Virus record (IMG/VR): IMGVR_UViG_3300036790_000211
Span: 6,512 to 70,511 of that record
DNA length: 64,000 nt
Source: a virus
Strand: one strand, 5' to 3'
Position numbers and translations under genes: made by a program
Notes under the pieces: model-generated
What the model saw: only the letters and a program-made list of their open reading frames with translations
What the model was told of the DNA's origin: nothing
Databases searched by the model: none
In this document: one piece after another, positions 54,359 through 62,434 of the stretch
Layout: every line of letters starts with the position of its first letter
Position numbering within the stretch: the first letter of the stretch is position 1

Positions 54359-54906
54359 GCCGCCTCCTTCGCGGGGATGGATCGGAGTGCCCACCCGAGC
54401 TTCGAGCTCCAGTTGGGCTTGCTCAGGTGGAGCCAGGTGGGCGGCTTGCCCATGGTCTTGGCCTCGACGATGTGGTGCTTGAGCTGGGCCGCGGGCTTGC
54501 GGTCCTTCTCGCCGGCGAAGCTGCGCACGTTGCGGTCGACGGTGATGCGCACGCCCTCGTGCTCCCACTCGGTGCGGTGGTAGCGGACGACGGCCAGGGG
54601 GGTGAAGCCCTGCTTGGCGATCTCCGCCCGGTTGGCTCGGGAGCGCTCCTTGTGGACCGTCCGGCCGACCTTGGTCTTCTCCTCGTAGAACCAGGGACCG
54701 GCGCCGTTGTAGCGGCGTAGGCGGCAGTTGACGCCGGGCTTCCCTGGGTGCGCGAGGTAGACCGTCTGGACGTGGTAGCTCCGCGTCCTCGCCCGGCCTC
54801 TCAGGTCTTTGAGGAGGCTCTGGGCGCGGTCAGGCGCAACGCGCCACCGGCGCTCCCGGCGGACGAACAGCTCCTGAAAGAGCTGAACCTCACCCGGGTT
54901 GGGCAC
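54355..54906 (-). CDS. VTC-domain (CYTH/triphosphate tunnel) protein
   Basis: VQTVYL, RLRRY, EEKTK, KER, VRYHR, RITVDRNV, IVEAK, SK. Confidence 0.75.
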   Translation of the reverse strand: MPNPGEVQLFQELFVRRERRWRVAPDRAQSLLKDLRGRARTRSYHVQTVYLAHPGKPGVNCRLRRYNGAGPWFYEEKTKVGRTVHKERSRANRAEIAKQGFTPLAVVRYHRTEWEHEGVRITVDRNVRSFAGEKDRKPAAQLKHHIVEAKTMGKPPTWLHLSKPNWSSKLGWALRSIPAKEAA

Positions 54907-54926
54907 GGTCGCACACGGCTATCGGG

Positions 54927-54944
54927 GCAGGGGTGGCACCCTGC
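54927..54944 (-). promoter_or_regulatory. UGCCAC-loop hairpin at the 5' end of the long leftward operon
   Basis: GCAGGG-TGCCAC-CCCTGC. Confidence 0.7.
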
Positions 54945-54970
54945 GTCCGGCTCTCCATGACTCGCCGCGG

Positions 54971-55000
54971 ACTTTAGCAGGAGCATCGAATAGTTTGCAA
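54971..55000 (-). promoter_or_regulatory. sigma70-type promoter
   Basis: TTGCAA-18 nt-TAAAGT with TGn extension. Confidence 0.55.
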
Positions 55001-55120
55001 ACAAACTTTCTGGCAGGAGCCCCCTGGGGCGGACCGGTTCGGGCCGCTTGCGGTTGCTCACCACGCGCGCGCGCGCAGAACTGCGCATGTGCGCGAGGCA
55101 GGAATCCCAGGCTGGGGGCA

Positions 55121-55162
55121 AAGGAAAGGCCCCGTCCAGGGGAGAAACCTGGACGGGGCCTT
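55121..55162 (-). terminator. terminator hairpin
   Basis: Perfect 15-bp stem 55126-55140/55148-55162. Confidence 0.65.
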
Positions 55163-55247
55163 GGTCGTGTCGCGGGTGTAGCAGTCCGCGATGAAGCTCC
55201 TACATCGTATCACTCATGCGCACGATGCGAGCGCATCAGATGTGTGC

Positions 55248-55466
55248 TCACATCACGCATTCGGGGATCGGCTCCAAGCCGTTATCCCTGCGGCAATCGT
55301 TGATGTAATCGCGGACTCCGGCGCGCCCCCAGCACTCGGGGCACGCCTTCTCGGCGATGGCCCAAGAGGGCTCCTGGCGGCCCGTGGCGCGATGGATCTC
55401 GACCACCAGCTCGAGGCACGGCTTCCACTCGTGGCAGAACTCGCAGACGTGATCGACGAGATTCAT
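55248..55466 (-). CDS. small Zn-finger protein
   Basis: CEFC...CPEC; ATGA overlap. Confidence 0.55.
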   Translation of the reverse strand: MNLVDHVCEFCHEWKPCLELVVEIHRATGRQEPSWAIAEKACPECWGRAGVRDYINDCRRDNGLEPIPECVM

Positions 55467-56197
55467 GCGGCTTCTCCCTCGGCCTGCAGGGAGGACCGGA
55501 CGCGCTGGACGGTGGAGGTGCCGATGCCCAGATGCTTGGCGATCGCGGCGTCGCTCTTGCCGGAAGTCCACGGCTGGCCCAGGGCCTCCGCGGCCAGCTG
55601 GGCGGCGCCCGGCTGGGTGGGTCGGGCGGTGTTGCCCTTGTCGGTCTGCCCATCGCCCACCTGCCCAGACTCGTTGCCCTTGGGCAGCCGCTTGGGCGGA
55701 TCCTTGGGCAGGTCCTGGTCGCGGGTGGTGGGCGGTTGGGTGGGCTGCGCCTGCTCACGGTTGGGCAGGTGGTCAGCGATCGCCTGGGCAGGGTTCCACT
55801 TCGCATGCCGGCCGTGGAGCATCCAGTACCAGCAGCCCAGGGCGAGGAGCGGGGGGAACGTGTGGGCGTAGAAGGCGAGCGGGTTGCCCACGTGGTGGAA
55901 GACGTTGAACAGGATCGAGGTGCCCGCGCAGAAGGCGGCGAGTGCCCAGGCGCCCCAGCTGGGCGTGTTGCGGGTGGCCGACTCTCGGGCGAGGAACACG
56001 GCGACGAGCTCGCCCAGGTCGGTGATCGCTCCGACCCCGCGGGCCTCCCAGAGGGTGTAGCCCAGGGTCGAGACGCTGGCGACCTGGGCGAAGTAGCTCA
56101 CGCCCATGGCTATGACGGTGATCGCCCAGACCCCCAGCTCGGCGGAGTAGCTACGCCAGGTCGTCTTGCCGACGACGGCGCGCTTCGGCTTGCTCAT
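55463..56197 (-). CDS. DUF2637 (Spd-like) membrane protein with C-terminal HTH
   Basis: SY...L...A...D pattern, S..FNV.H, PPL; SDAAIAKHLGIGTSTVQRVR. Confidence 0.7.
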   Translation of the reverse strand: MSKPKRAVVGKTTWRSYSAELGVWAITVIAMGVSYFAQVASVSTLGYTLWEARGVGAITDLGELVAVFLARESATRNTPSWGAWALAAFCAGTSILFNVFHHVGNPLAFYAHTFPPLLALGCWYWMLHGRHAKWNPAQAIADHLPNREQAQPTQPPTTRDQDLPKDPPKRLPKGNESGQVGDGQTDKGNTARPTQPGAAQLAAEALGQPWTSGKSDAAIAKHLGIGTSTVQRVRSSLQAEGEAA

Positions 56198-56202
56198 GGT
56201 TC

Positions 56203-56234
56203 TCTCCTGACTCACTGGCCCGGGTGGCACCGGG
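56203..56234 (-). promoter_or_regulatory. UGCCAC-loop hairpin element
   Basis: CCCGG-TGCCAC-CCGGG-CCA-GTGAGTCAGGAGA. Confidence 0.75.
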
Positions 56235-56245
56235 GTGGACGTGGC

Positions 56246-56548
56246 TCAATCTTCGATGCCCAGCGCGGCCTTCTTCTCCCGCTCGTACCTGGCGACGGCA
56301 GTGGCCTTGTCGATAGCGTCGATCTCGGCTCGGCGCTGCTCCGCTCTCGGCAGGAGCTCCGGGACCGAGTGCTCCTCTCCCCTGCGCCGGCGGACCCAAT
56401 CGGAGTCTGCGGCCCACTCATCCCAGTTCTCGAGCGCCAGCCGGACCTCAGCAGCATCCGGGCGCCCGTTCTCCTGCGCCCGCTTGTGCAGTCGCTCCCG
56501 TAGCGCGGTTGGCACTCTCACTATCATGCGGTTGTCGTTGTCTGCCAT
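56246..56548 (-). CDS. ribbon-helix-helix (Arc-like) protein
   Basis: RMIVRVPTALRERLHKRAQENGR.DAAEVRLALE. Confidence 0.75.
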   Translation of the reverse strand: MADNDNRMIVRVPTALRERLHKRAQENGRPDAAEVRLALENWDEWAADSDWVRRRRGEEHSVPELLPRAEQRRAEIDAIDKATAVARYEREKKAALGIED

Positions 56549-56567
56549 TGGCATGCATTGTATGCCA
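56549..56567 (-). promoter_or_regulatory. leaderless -10 (TACAAT) inside a palindrome
   Basis: TGGCATGCA-T-TGTATGCCA; TACAAT 8 nt before ATG. Confidence 0.6.
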
Positions 56568-56569
56568 TT

Positions 56570-57170
56570 TTCTCATCAGGATGTTGGTTCAGGATTTTCA
56601 GGAATTGAGGATGTTGGGAAGTTCTTCAGTCGAGAGAGGAGGGACCCCTTTCCTGTTTTTGACACACCGCGGCATATAAAAAGCCCCCCCGGCCCCGAAC
56701 AGGCGTACGGCAGGTGGCCGGCTTGTGCTGAGGCTCCTCATCTTGTTGCGTGGTGAATATTGGCAGGTCTCAAATTGGCGGTTGGCTCCCACGTGGTGGT
56801 GGTCTGCCAAGTGGGAGCTCGACATCATGTGCGTGCATGCATGCGTGGCGTGTGGATATGTAAAGCCAGGCTCGACATGACGGCTATTGAATACCCACAT
56901 CTGTACTCAGGCATGGCTCGATGTCTGGATATGGGTTTGCTCCAATTACGTAAAGTAGTGCTTTACATATTGATTGCGGGCGCCATAGTTTCGTTTATGT
57001 ATGCGTCGCTTTCGTTTCTGGAATTGCTCCCCCGCGTACGTGCGTCCAATTCGCGCGTACGCGTGTGCGATATCCGGGGTTACTACTACACCGTTCCTGA
57101 CAGGTACATCAGCAAGCGGGCATGCCCGGTCTTTCGGGCCGGTCCGCTTGCTGTCTACGTATCCACTTGA
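56570..57170. other. low-GC intergenic block with alternating purine-pyrimidine tracts
   Basis: Visibly AT-richer than the flanks; no convincing ORF. Confidence 0.55.
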
Positions 57171-57506
57171 CGAAGAGGAGACAGAGAGCGCTCTCGGTAC
57201 GGGAGCGATCCGTTGGGGTTGCCCGATCCGCCACGGACGTGGCTTGACGGGCTACCGGGGACGGGGGGGACGTCTACCACCGCGCGCGGGTGCGAGCGTA
57301 CGGGCGCACACGGAGCGCACACGGCCACGGAGCCGGACGCGGGAGCGTAGCGCGAGCCATCCCCGCCAGCCGCCCATCCGTGGCCGTACGCTCGATCTGA
57401 GAGCCCCAGAACGCCCGTTCCCCAAACACCCGTACGTCTTAACAACTCTTTGCAACTTCCGGGACAAGTTGCTCCCAAAACGGCCCACACGCCGCTGCGA
57501 CGTGGT

Positions 57507-57520
57507 TAGAATGGGTACCA
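57507..57520 (+). promoter_or_regulatory. leaderless promoter TAGAATGGGTACCA
   Basis: Immediately before ATG 57521; identical to 7642-7655 (-). Confidence 0.65.
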
Positions 57521-57718
57521 ATGAACAGCACGAACGGCAAGCCGAGCGCAGAGACGATGTACGCGGTGAGGAGCGAGAGCGGATCGTTCGTAGGACAGTG
57601 GAACAACCTGTGCCAGGCGGAGAGCGAGGCTCGGGTCTGGGCCAGGCGGCACGGCCAGGACGCGACCGTCAGGACCGGATACTCCGGACAGGTGATCTAC
57701 AGCACCACGACGCGCTAG
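57521..57718 (+). CDS. hypothetical protein
   Basis: Follows the promoter. Confidence 0.6.
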   Translation: MNSTNGKPSAETMYAVRSESGSFVGQWNNLCQAESEARVWARRHGQDATVRTGYSGQVIYSTTTR

Positions 57719-57790
57719 CGACCGACACGAGCCTGGCCCTGGGTTTGACGGGCCAGCTGGCGCGGCAGGTACCGCGCACATTCAACATCC

Positions 57791-57826
57791 GGCCCTGCCA
57801 CGGGCCCACATGTGATCAGAGGAGAG
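57791..57826 (+). promoter_or_regulatory. UGCCAC-loop hairpin element (C-G closing pair)
   Basis: GGCCC-TGCCAC-GGGCC-CACATGTGATCAGAGGAGAG. Confidence 0.75.
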
Positions 57827-57832
57827 TTTTCG

Positions 57833-58552
57833 ATGGCAGATCAGTACACAGCCGTTGCGCCCCGCTTCAACCGCGATCAGATCGAGCGGAAGGTCTACCG
57901 CATCCTGGTCATCGAAGCCTTCCAGGGCATGGAGAAGTACCTCCCCTCCGAGGGCGAGCTCTCCGAGTCCGTCCAGGCATCGATGGTCGAGGGCCTGACC
58001 GAGGCCGGGGTTGAGCACTACGTCCACCAGGGAGTCCTGAGCGGAGCACCCGCGATCATGCAGGTTCCCGGTTCGAAGGAGAAGGTCAAGGTCTACTCCT
58101 CCGAGTTCGTCCACCTGTACGCGACGAAGCCTGTCCTCCCCTCCGCTGGCGGCGCGGCATCCAAGCCGAAGAATGACGCGCAGCGGTACGCCCTCATCGC
58201 GTCCACCCTCCGCCAGGCGGAGAAGGACGGCCTGTCCGTCGACAAGACCCGCGAGGCGTTCAAGGTCGCGGCGACGACCGCGGACTTCAAAGAGATGGTC
58301 ATGGACGCCATGTGGGCGGACATGGAGGACCGCGTGATCCAGAATCGCGCCGAGCAGGCGGCCAAGGCTCAGGCCAAGGTCGCGGAGGCCGCCGCGGCCC
58401 TTCAGGCAGCGATCGCGGAAGGCGAGACCGAGGGCACCGAGCCCGTCGCCGAGCCGGAGGACGTCGACCACACGGCCGCCCTGGAGGCCGCAGGCCTGGA
58501 CCTCGACGAGGACCAGGACGCGGAGGACGAGGACGGCGAGGACCTGGAGTAG
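57833..58552 (+). CDS. hypothetical protein with acidic tail
   Basis: GAGGAG SD, strong codon bias. Confidence 0.75.
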   Translation: MADQYTAVAPRFNRDQIERKVYRILVIEAFQGMEKYLPSEGELSESVQASMVEGLTEAGVEHYVHQGVLSGAPAIMQVPGSKEKVKVYSSEFVHLYATKPVLPSAGGAASKPKNDAQRYALIASTLRQAEKDGLSVDKTREAFKVAATTADFKEMVMDAMWADMEDRVIQNRAEQAAKAQAKVAEAAAALQAAIAEGETEGTEPVAEPEDVDHTAALEAAGLDLDEDQDAEDEDGEDLE

Positions 58553-58570
58553 AACCTCACTCCTCTGATC

Positions 58571-58593
58571 GGGGCGGGCAACGTGCCCGCCCC
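58571..58593 (+). terminator. GC-rich hairpin
   Basis: 10-bp stem; no clear U tract. Confidence 0.4.
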
Positions 58594-58622
58594 ATCTCCC
58601 CCGCAGTCTCAGGAGGTCCGAC

Positions 58623-58949
58623 GTGATCGTTTCCCAGGCCGGCACGTATTCCGAGTTCGCGGCGCTCCTCGCGGCGTCCCATTCCAACGCGGCGGATGCT
58701 CTCAAGTCCGGAGCGCTCAAGGTGCGCGTGGCGCCTGCTCCCAAGCACGAGGTCGAGCGCGGCCTCGACGCCACGCGGCTCCCATGCGGACCGGTGAGCG
58801 CATACCGGCCACGCGTCGAGCTTGTGACGAAGTCAGACCGGATCGCGGAGCGCGAAGCTGCCGAGCAGCTGGCGAGCAGGCACCCGGTCGCGGTGCGGCG
58901 AGAGGTCGCGGAGGCCCTGCGCGGCCTGGCGCGAGCCGGGAGGAGTTGA
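58623..58949 (+). CDS. hypothetical protein
   Basis: AGGAGG SD. Confidence 0.6.
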   Translation: MIVSQAGTYSEFAALLAASHSNAADALKSGALKVRVAPAPKHEVERGLDATRLPCGPVSAYRPRVELVTKSDRIAEREAAEQLASRHPVAVRREVAEALRGLARAGRS

Positions 58950-59028
58950 TGGCGAAACCGAGCCCGGACCTGGGGTTTATGGTCCGGCGAGCGCGGCCCT
59001 CGATTTGGCCGACATGCGGAGGTGAGAC

Positions 59029-59121
59029 GTGTTCGGATTCTGGACGTGGAACGCTGACGGCTCGACCGGATTCGCGGTGCGCCTGTTCGGGCACCTCTTC
59101 GAGGCTTGGAGGCAGTGGTGA
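59029..59121 (+). CDS. 30-aa Trp/Phe-rich peptide
   Basis: GGAGGTGA SD; MFGFWTWNADGSTGFAVRLFGHLFEAWRQW. Confidence 0.5.
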   Translation: MFGFWTWNADGSTGFAVRLFGHLFEAWRQW

Positions 59122-59345
59122 TCCTGACCGGACACATCGGCCCCGACTCGAAGATGAGGCCGGTAGGCAGGGAGAGGCGATTCAAGGTCTCGCGGGGCCG
59201 GGGAGGTTCCCCCAGGCCCGCGACCACGAACGAGCTCCAGGAAGGCTCGACGAAATGGTGGAACAGGACCATGCGGCCGCGGATGGCAGAGGCCCTGAGC
59301 GAGTACCACGAGCAGCTGCGCGCCGAGCGCATGGAGGTGGCGTGA
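59115..59345 (+). CDS. hypothetical protein
   Basis: GGAGG SD, coupling. Confidence 0.5.
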   Translation: MVILTGHIGPDSKMRPVGRERRFKVSRGRGGSPRPATTNELQEGSTKWWNRTMRPRMAEALSEYHEQLRAERMEVA

Positions 59346-59644
59346 TGCCCGGCGAGGAGGTGTGGAACGCGACCGGCGAGCAACTGACCCTGCCCGACTA
59401 CGGCAGCGGCTTCACCCTGGAGCTGATGGAGGACGGGCGGCTTGTGCTGGAGTCCGGCGACGAATACCTGCGAGCGCTGACCGTGGAGGACGAGGACCGG
59501 CTCCTCGCGCTCCTGGAGGGGCGGCGGCGCCGGCGTCATGAGGTTCGGGTCGATCCGCTGACCGAGGAGCCGATCCCAGTCGACACCATCGCCTACTGGC
59601 GAGAGCGCCTGAGTCACAGCAAGTGGCTCGACGAGATCAGGTAG
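59345..59644 (+). CDS. hypothetical protein
   Basis: TGATG coupling, GGAGG SD. Confidence 0.65.
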   Translation: MPGEEVWNATGEQLTLPDYGSGFTLELMEDGRLVLESGDEYLRALTVEDEDRLLALLEGRRRRRHEVRVDPLTEEPIPVDTIAYWRERLSHSKWLDEIR

Positions 59645-59677
59645 ACACGGACGTCCGTTCGTAGCACCATATAGCCC

Positions 59678-59713
59678 TGGCCGGTGCCACCCGGCCACAG
59701 TGAGTCAGAGGAG
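59678..59713 (+). promoter_or_regulatory. UGCCAC-loop hairpin element upstream of helicase
   Basis: TGGCCGG-TGCCAC-CCGGCCA-CA-GTGAGTCAGAGGAG. Confidence 0.75.
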
Positions 59714-59722
59714 ACGTCCCGG

Positions 59723-62200
59723 ATGCAGCTCAAACTGCGCATCGGTCGAGGCGCGAGCACCTCCAAGCCGAAGCCACCTCCCCCACCTCCCGAGCCGGAG
59801 GGCCCTGTGCTCCAGCCGACGTCGGTCGAGGAGTGCCTCATGGTCCTGACCGCGGCTGATCAGGACCGGGCGCGAGAGGACAACGGGATCGGCTGGAGCG
59901 GATTCGACAGCGACATCGGGCACCGGCTCGCGGCGAAGGCGCAGGCAGGACGGCTGAATCCGTGGGACCGGCTACGCGCCTACAACAAGCTGCACAGGTA
60001 CAGGAAGCAACTGGAGCGCGCCGGCCTGGACTTCTCCGGGATGAAGCCACCTCCCGAGCCGATCGCACCCGAGCCGGTGCGCGAGGTCAGCGTGGTCAAG
60101 GAGGGCGTGTACGCTGGCTGGTTCTCGGTCAAGGTCCAGCACGTATCGCAGCCTGAGTGGAACCAGTACCAGGACCAGCGGTCGATGCTGGCCGGGCGGC
60201 GCGTGGAGGTCATCGACGGAGTCCGCGTGACCCTGGTACCGCCCGACGGATCGAGTGCTCGCACGATGGCGAAGTTCATCGAGCGGACGGAGGACTTCGC
60301 GGTCGAGGCCCAGGTGGGCGAGCGCTTCGAGGAGCTGTTCGGCAAGGCCGAGCGCTTTGCGAAGATGAGCCGAGCGGTCGAGCCCTCCGCCGAGTGGGAG
60401 GCGACCGATCCCCGCATGTTCGACGCCCAGAAGGCCGGTGAGGAGTACGTGCTCGCCGGGATGGCCGAGCGTCTGACGACCGGCGAGGGCAGCGGCGTCC
60501 TGATCGGAGATGACATGGGAACGGGCAAGACCGCGACCGACCTCCTCTCCGCCTACCGCGCGGGAGCCTTCACGACCGGCATCCTCGGCCGCAAGGGCAT
60601 GCTCGTGATCTGCCCGGCAGGCATCAAGCTCAACTGGGAGCTGGAGGCGCATCACTGGCTGGGGCGCTGCATCGATCCTGACTGCCGGCGCGGACCTGTC
60701 TGCCGCGAGGCCTCATGCCCGGACGCGGCGCCCGACAAGGACCACCGCCACCCTGCGCATAGGCCGGGCCCGGACGGCGAGGCCGCCACGTGGGACCGGA
60801 TGCACCGGTGCTGGAACGTGGCCGAGCCCCTGGTGCCTGACTTCTCGGTTCAGGTCCTCGACGGCATCAACGCCCAGATGATCATGGGCGACCTGGTCGT
60901 GGCGAACTACGACATCCTGCGCTGGCAGAAGGGCACCGAGGACGAGCTCAACGACGTCTCGATGTTCCTGTCGATGCGCAATTGGGCGGCGATCTCCTGT
61001 GACGAGTTCCACGCCTGCAAGAACCCAGAGGCGATGCGGACGAAGGTCGTCAACGAGATCATCGGAGCCGTCAGCCCACCGTTCCTCACCGGCATGACCG
61101 GCACCTTCGTCCTCAACCGGACGGCGGAGGCGTTCCCGCAGTTGAAGATCCTCGACTGCCTGACCCACTTCGGATCAGGCCACGCGGCCGAGGCTCGCTA
61201 CGTCCACGGATCGCCGGAGGACAAGCAGGAGTTCAACCGCAAGCTGCGCGAGCTTGGGTGCTACCTGCAGCGGCCGAAGCGCTCGCAGGTCATGGACCCG
61301 CAGCAGCACGTGCTCCCGCTCGACAAGGTGCCGAGCTTCCACCTCCCCGACCGGCTGAGAGTCAGCGGCCAGTCCGGGAACATGGTTGCGAAGGAGCACC
61401 TGGCCGAGGCCCGCTCGATCCTCGAGGGGCTGGGCTACGAGTGGATCGCCGGAGCCATGGACGCGGAGCTTCAGAACCGCATCGAGCAGGTCGAGATCAT
61501 GGAGGCCGACGAGACGAAGATGGCCGACTACGAACGCTGCCTTCGCGAGTTCCAGACCTGGTACGCGACGGAGCTGCAGGGCAAGTTCGGGGACGGCTGG
61601 GGCGAGCGCTGGAAGCGCGGGATGAACGGAGAGGCCCTGGTCAAGCTCAACAAGCTGCGCGAGGCCACCGTCCGCGTGAAGCTCAAGAGTTCCGCCAGGT
61701 GGGCCGAGACGATCATCGAGAGCGGCGAGAAGCTGGTGCTCTTCACCTGCCACGAAGAGAGCCGCGCCTACCTCATGAAGAAGCTCGCGCCGTGGAGCCC
61801 CGCCAGCATCTACGGCGGAATGACCCCAGCGCAGAAGCAGGAGTCGATCCGCGAGTTCCAGACCAATCCCCGCTGCATGGTGATCGTGGTCCAGCTCCTC
61901 TCGGGGGGCGAGGGCATCAACCTCACCGCAGCGCACCACGTCGCCATCGTGGAGACGTACTGGAACGGCGGCAAGATCGACCAGGCCGCGGCCCGCGTCG
62001 ATCGCGGTGGACAGGACCACGACGTGGTGATCCACCACCTCTACGCGGACCAGACGGTCGACCGGAAGATGGCTGAGCGCTGCCAGAAGAAGGCCCTGGA
62101 GACAGCGGCCGTCATCAACGGCGGCGAGGTCGAGACCTCAAAGCTCTGGGTCGAGCTCATGGACATCGCCCTGGGCGTCGAGCCGGCGGTGGCCGCATGA
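59723..62200 (+). CDS. SNF2-family helicase
   Basis: DDMGTGKT, ICPAGIKLNW, DEFH, MTGT..LN, GGEGINLTAA, QAAARVDR.GQ. Confidence 0.9.
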   Translation: MQLKLRIGRGASTSKPKPPPPPPEPEGPVLQPTSVEECLMVLTAADQDRAREDNGIGWSGFDSDIGHRLAAKAQAGRLNPWDRLRAYNKLHRYRKQLERAGLDFSGMKPPPEPIAPEPVREVSVVKEGVYAGWFSVKVQHVSQPEWNQYQDQRSMLAGRRVEVIDGVRVTLVPPDGSSARTMAKFIERTEDFAVEAQVGERFEELFGKAERFAKMSRAVEPSAEWEATDPRMFDAQKAGEEYVLAGMAERLTTGEGSGVLIGDDMGTGKTATDLLSAYRAGAFTTGILGRKGMLVICPAGIKLNWELEAHHWLGRCIDPDCRRGPVCREASCPDAAPDKDHRHPAHRPGPDGEAATWDRMHRCWNVAEPLVPDFSVQVLDGINAQMIMGDLVVANYDILRWQKGTEDELNDVSMFLSMRNWAAISCDEFHACKNPEAMRTKVVNEIIGAVSPPFLTGMTGTFVLNRTAEAFPQLKILDCLTHFGSGHAAEARYVHGSPEDKQEFNRKLRELGCYLQRPKRSQVMDPQQHVLPLDKVPSFHLPDRLRVSGQSGNMVAKEHLAEARSILEGLGYEWIAGAMDAELQNRIEQVEIMEADETKMADYERCLREFQTWYATELQGKFGDGWGERWKRGMNGEALVKLNKLREATVRVKLKSSARWAETIIESGEKLVLFTCHEESRAYLMKKLAPWSPASIYGGMTPAQKQESIREFQTNPRCMVIVVQLLSGGEGINLTAAHHVAIVETYWNGGKIDQAAARVDRGGQDHDVVIHHLYADQTVDRKMAERCQKKALETAAVINGGEVETSKLWVELMDIALGVEPAVAA

Positions 62201-62412
62201 CCACCTCCACCTTCACGACCGGAACGTCCGGCCTCTGCCAGGACTCCAGCTGCGGGGCAATCGCCCCGCCGCTGGAGGAGCGCCTGCAGGCCGGCTGGGT
62301 GATCCACGTCAACCAGCAGGGAGAGGCGTGCGGCTGGACTTGCCCCGCCCACTCGCGGAAGCGCCGACGGCGTGCGGAGACACGAGGAAAGATGCGATCG
62401 CATCACGCATGA
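62197..62412 (+). CDS. small Cys-containing protein
   Basis: ATGA overlap. Confidence 0.5.
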   Translation: MTTSTFTTGTSGLCQDSSCGAIAPPLEERLQAGWVIHVNQQGEACGWTCPAHSRKRRRRAETRGKMRSHHA

Positions 62413-62425
62413 GATCGCATACAAT
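62400..62425 (+). promoter_or_regulatory. operator-like 21-mer overlapping TACAAT -10
   Basis: GCATCACGCATGAGATCGCAT-ACAAT. Confidence 0.55.
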
Positions 62426-62434
62426 GTAGTCAGA

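Noticed and set aside
56760-57170. 136-aa ORF in the low-GC block
   Set aside because: No SD, codon usage unlike the other genes, no motifs; treated as noncoding although not excluded.
59610-59616. Extra TGAGTCA
   Set aside because: Inside a coding region with no hairpin or SD; likely chance.
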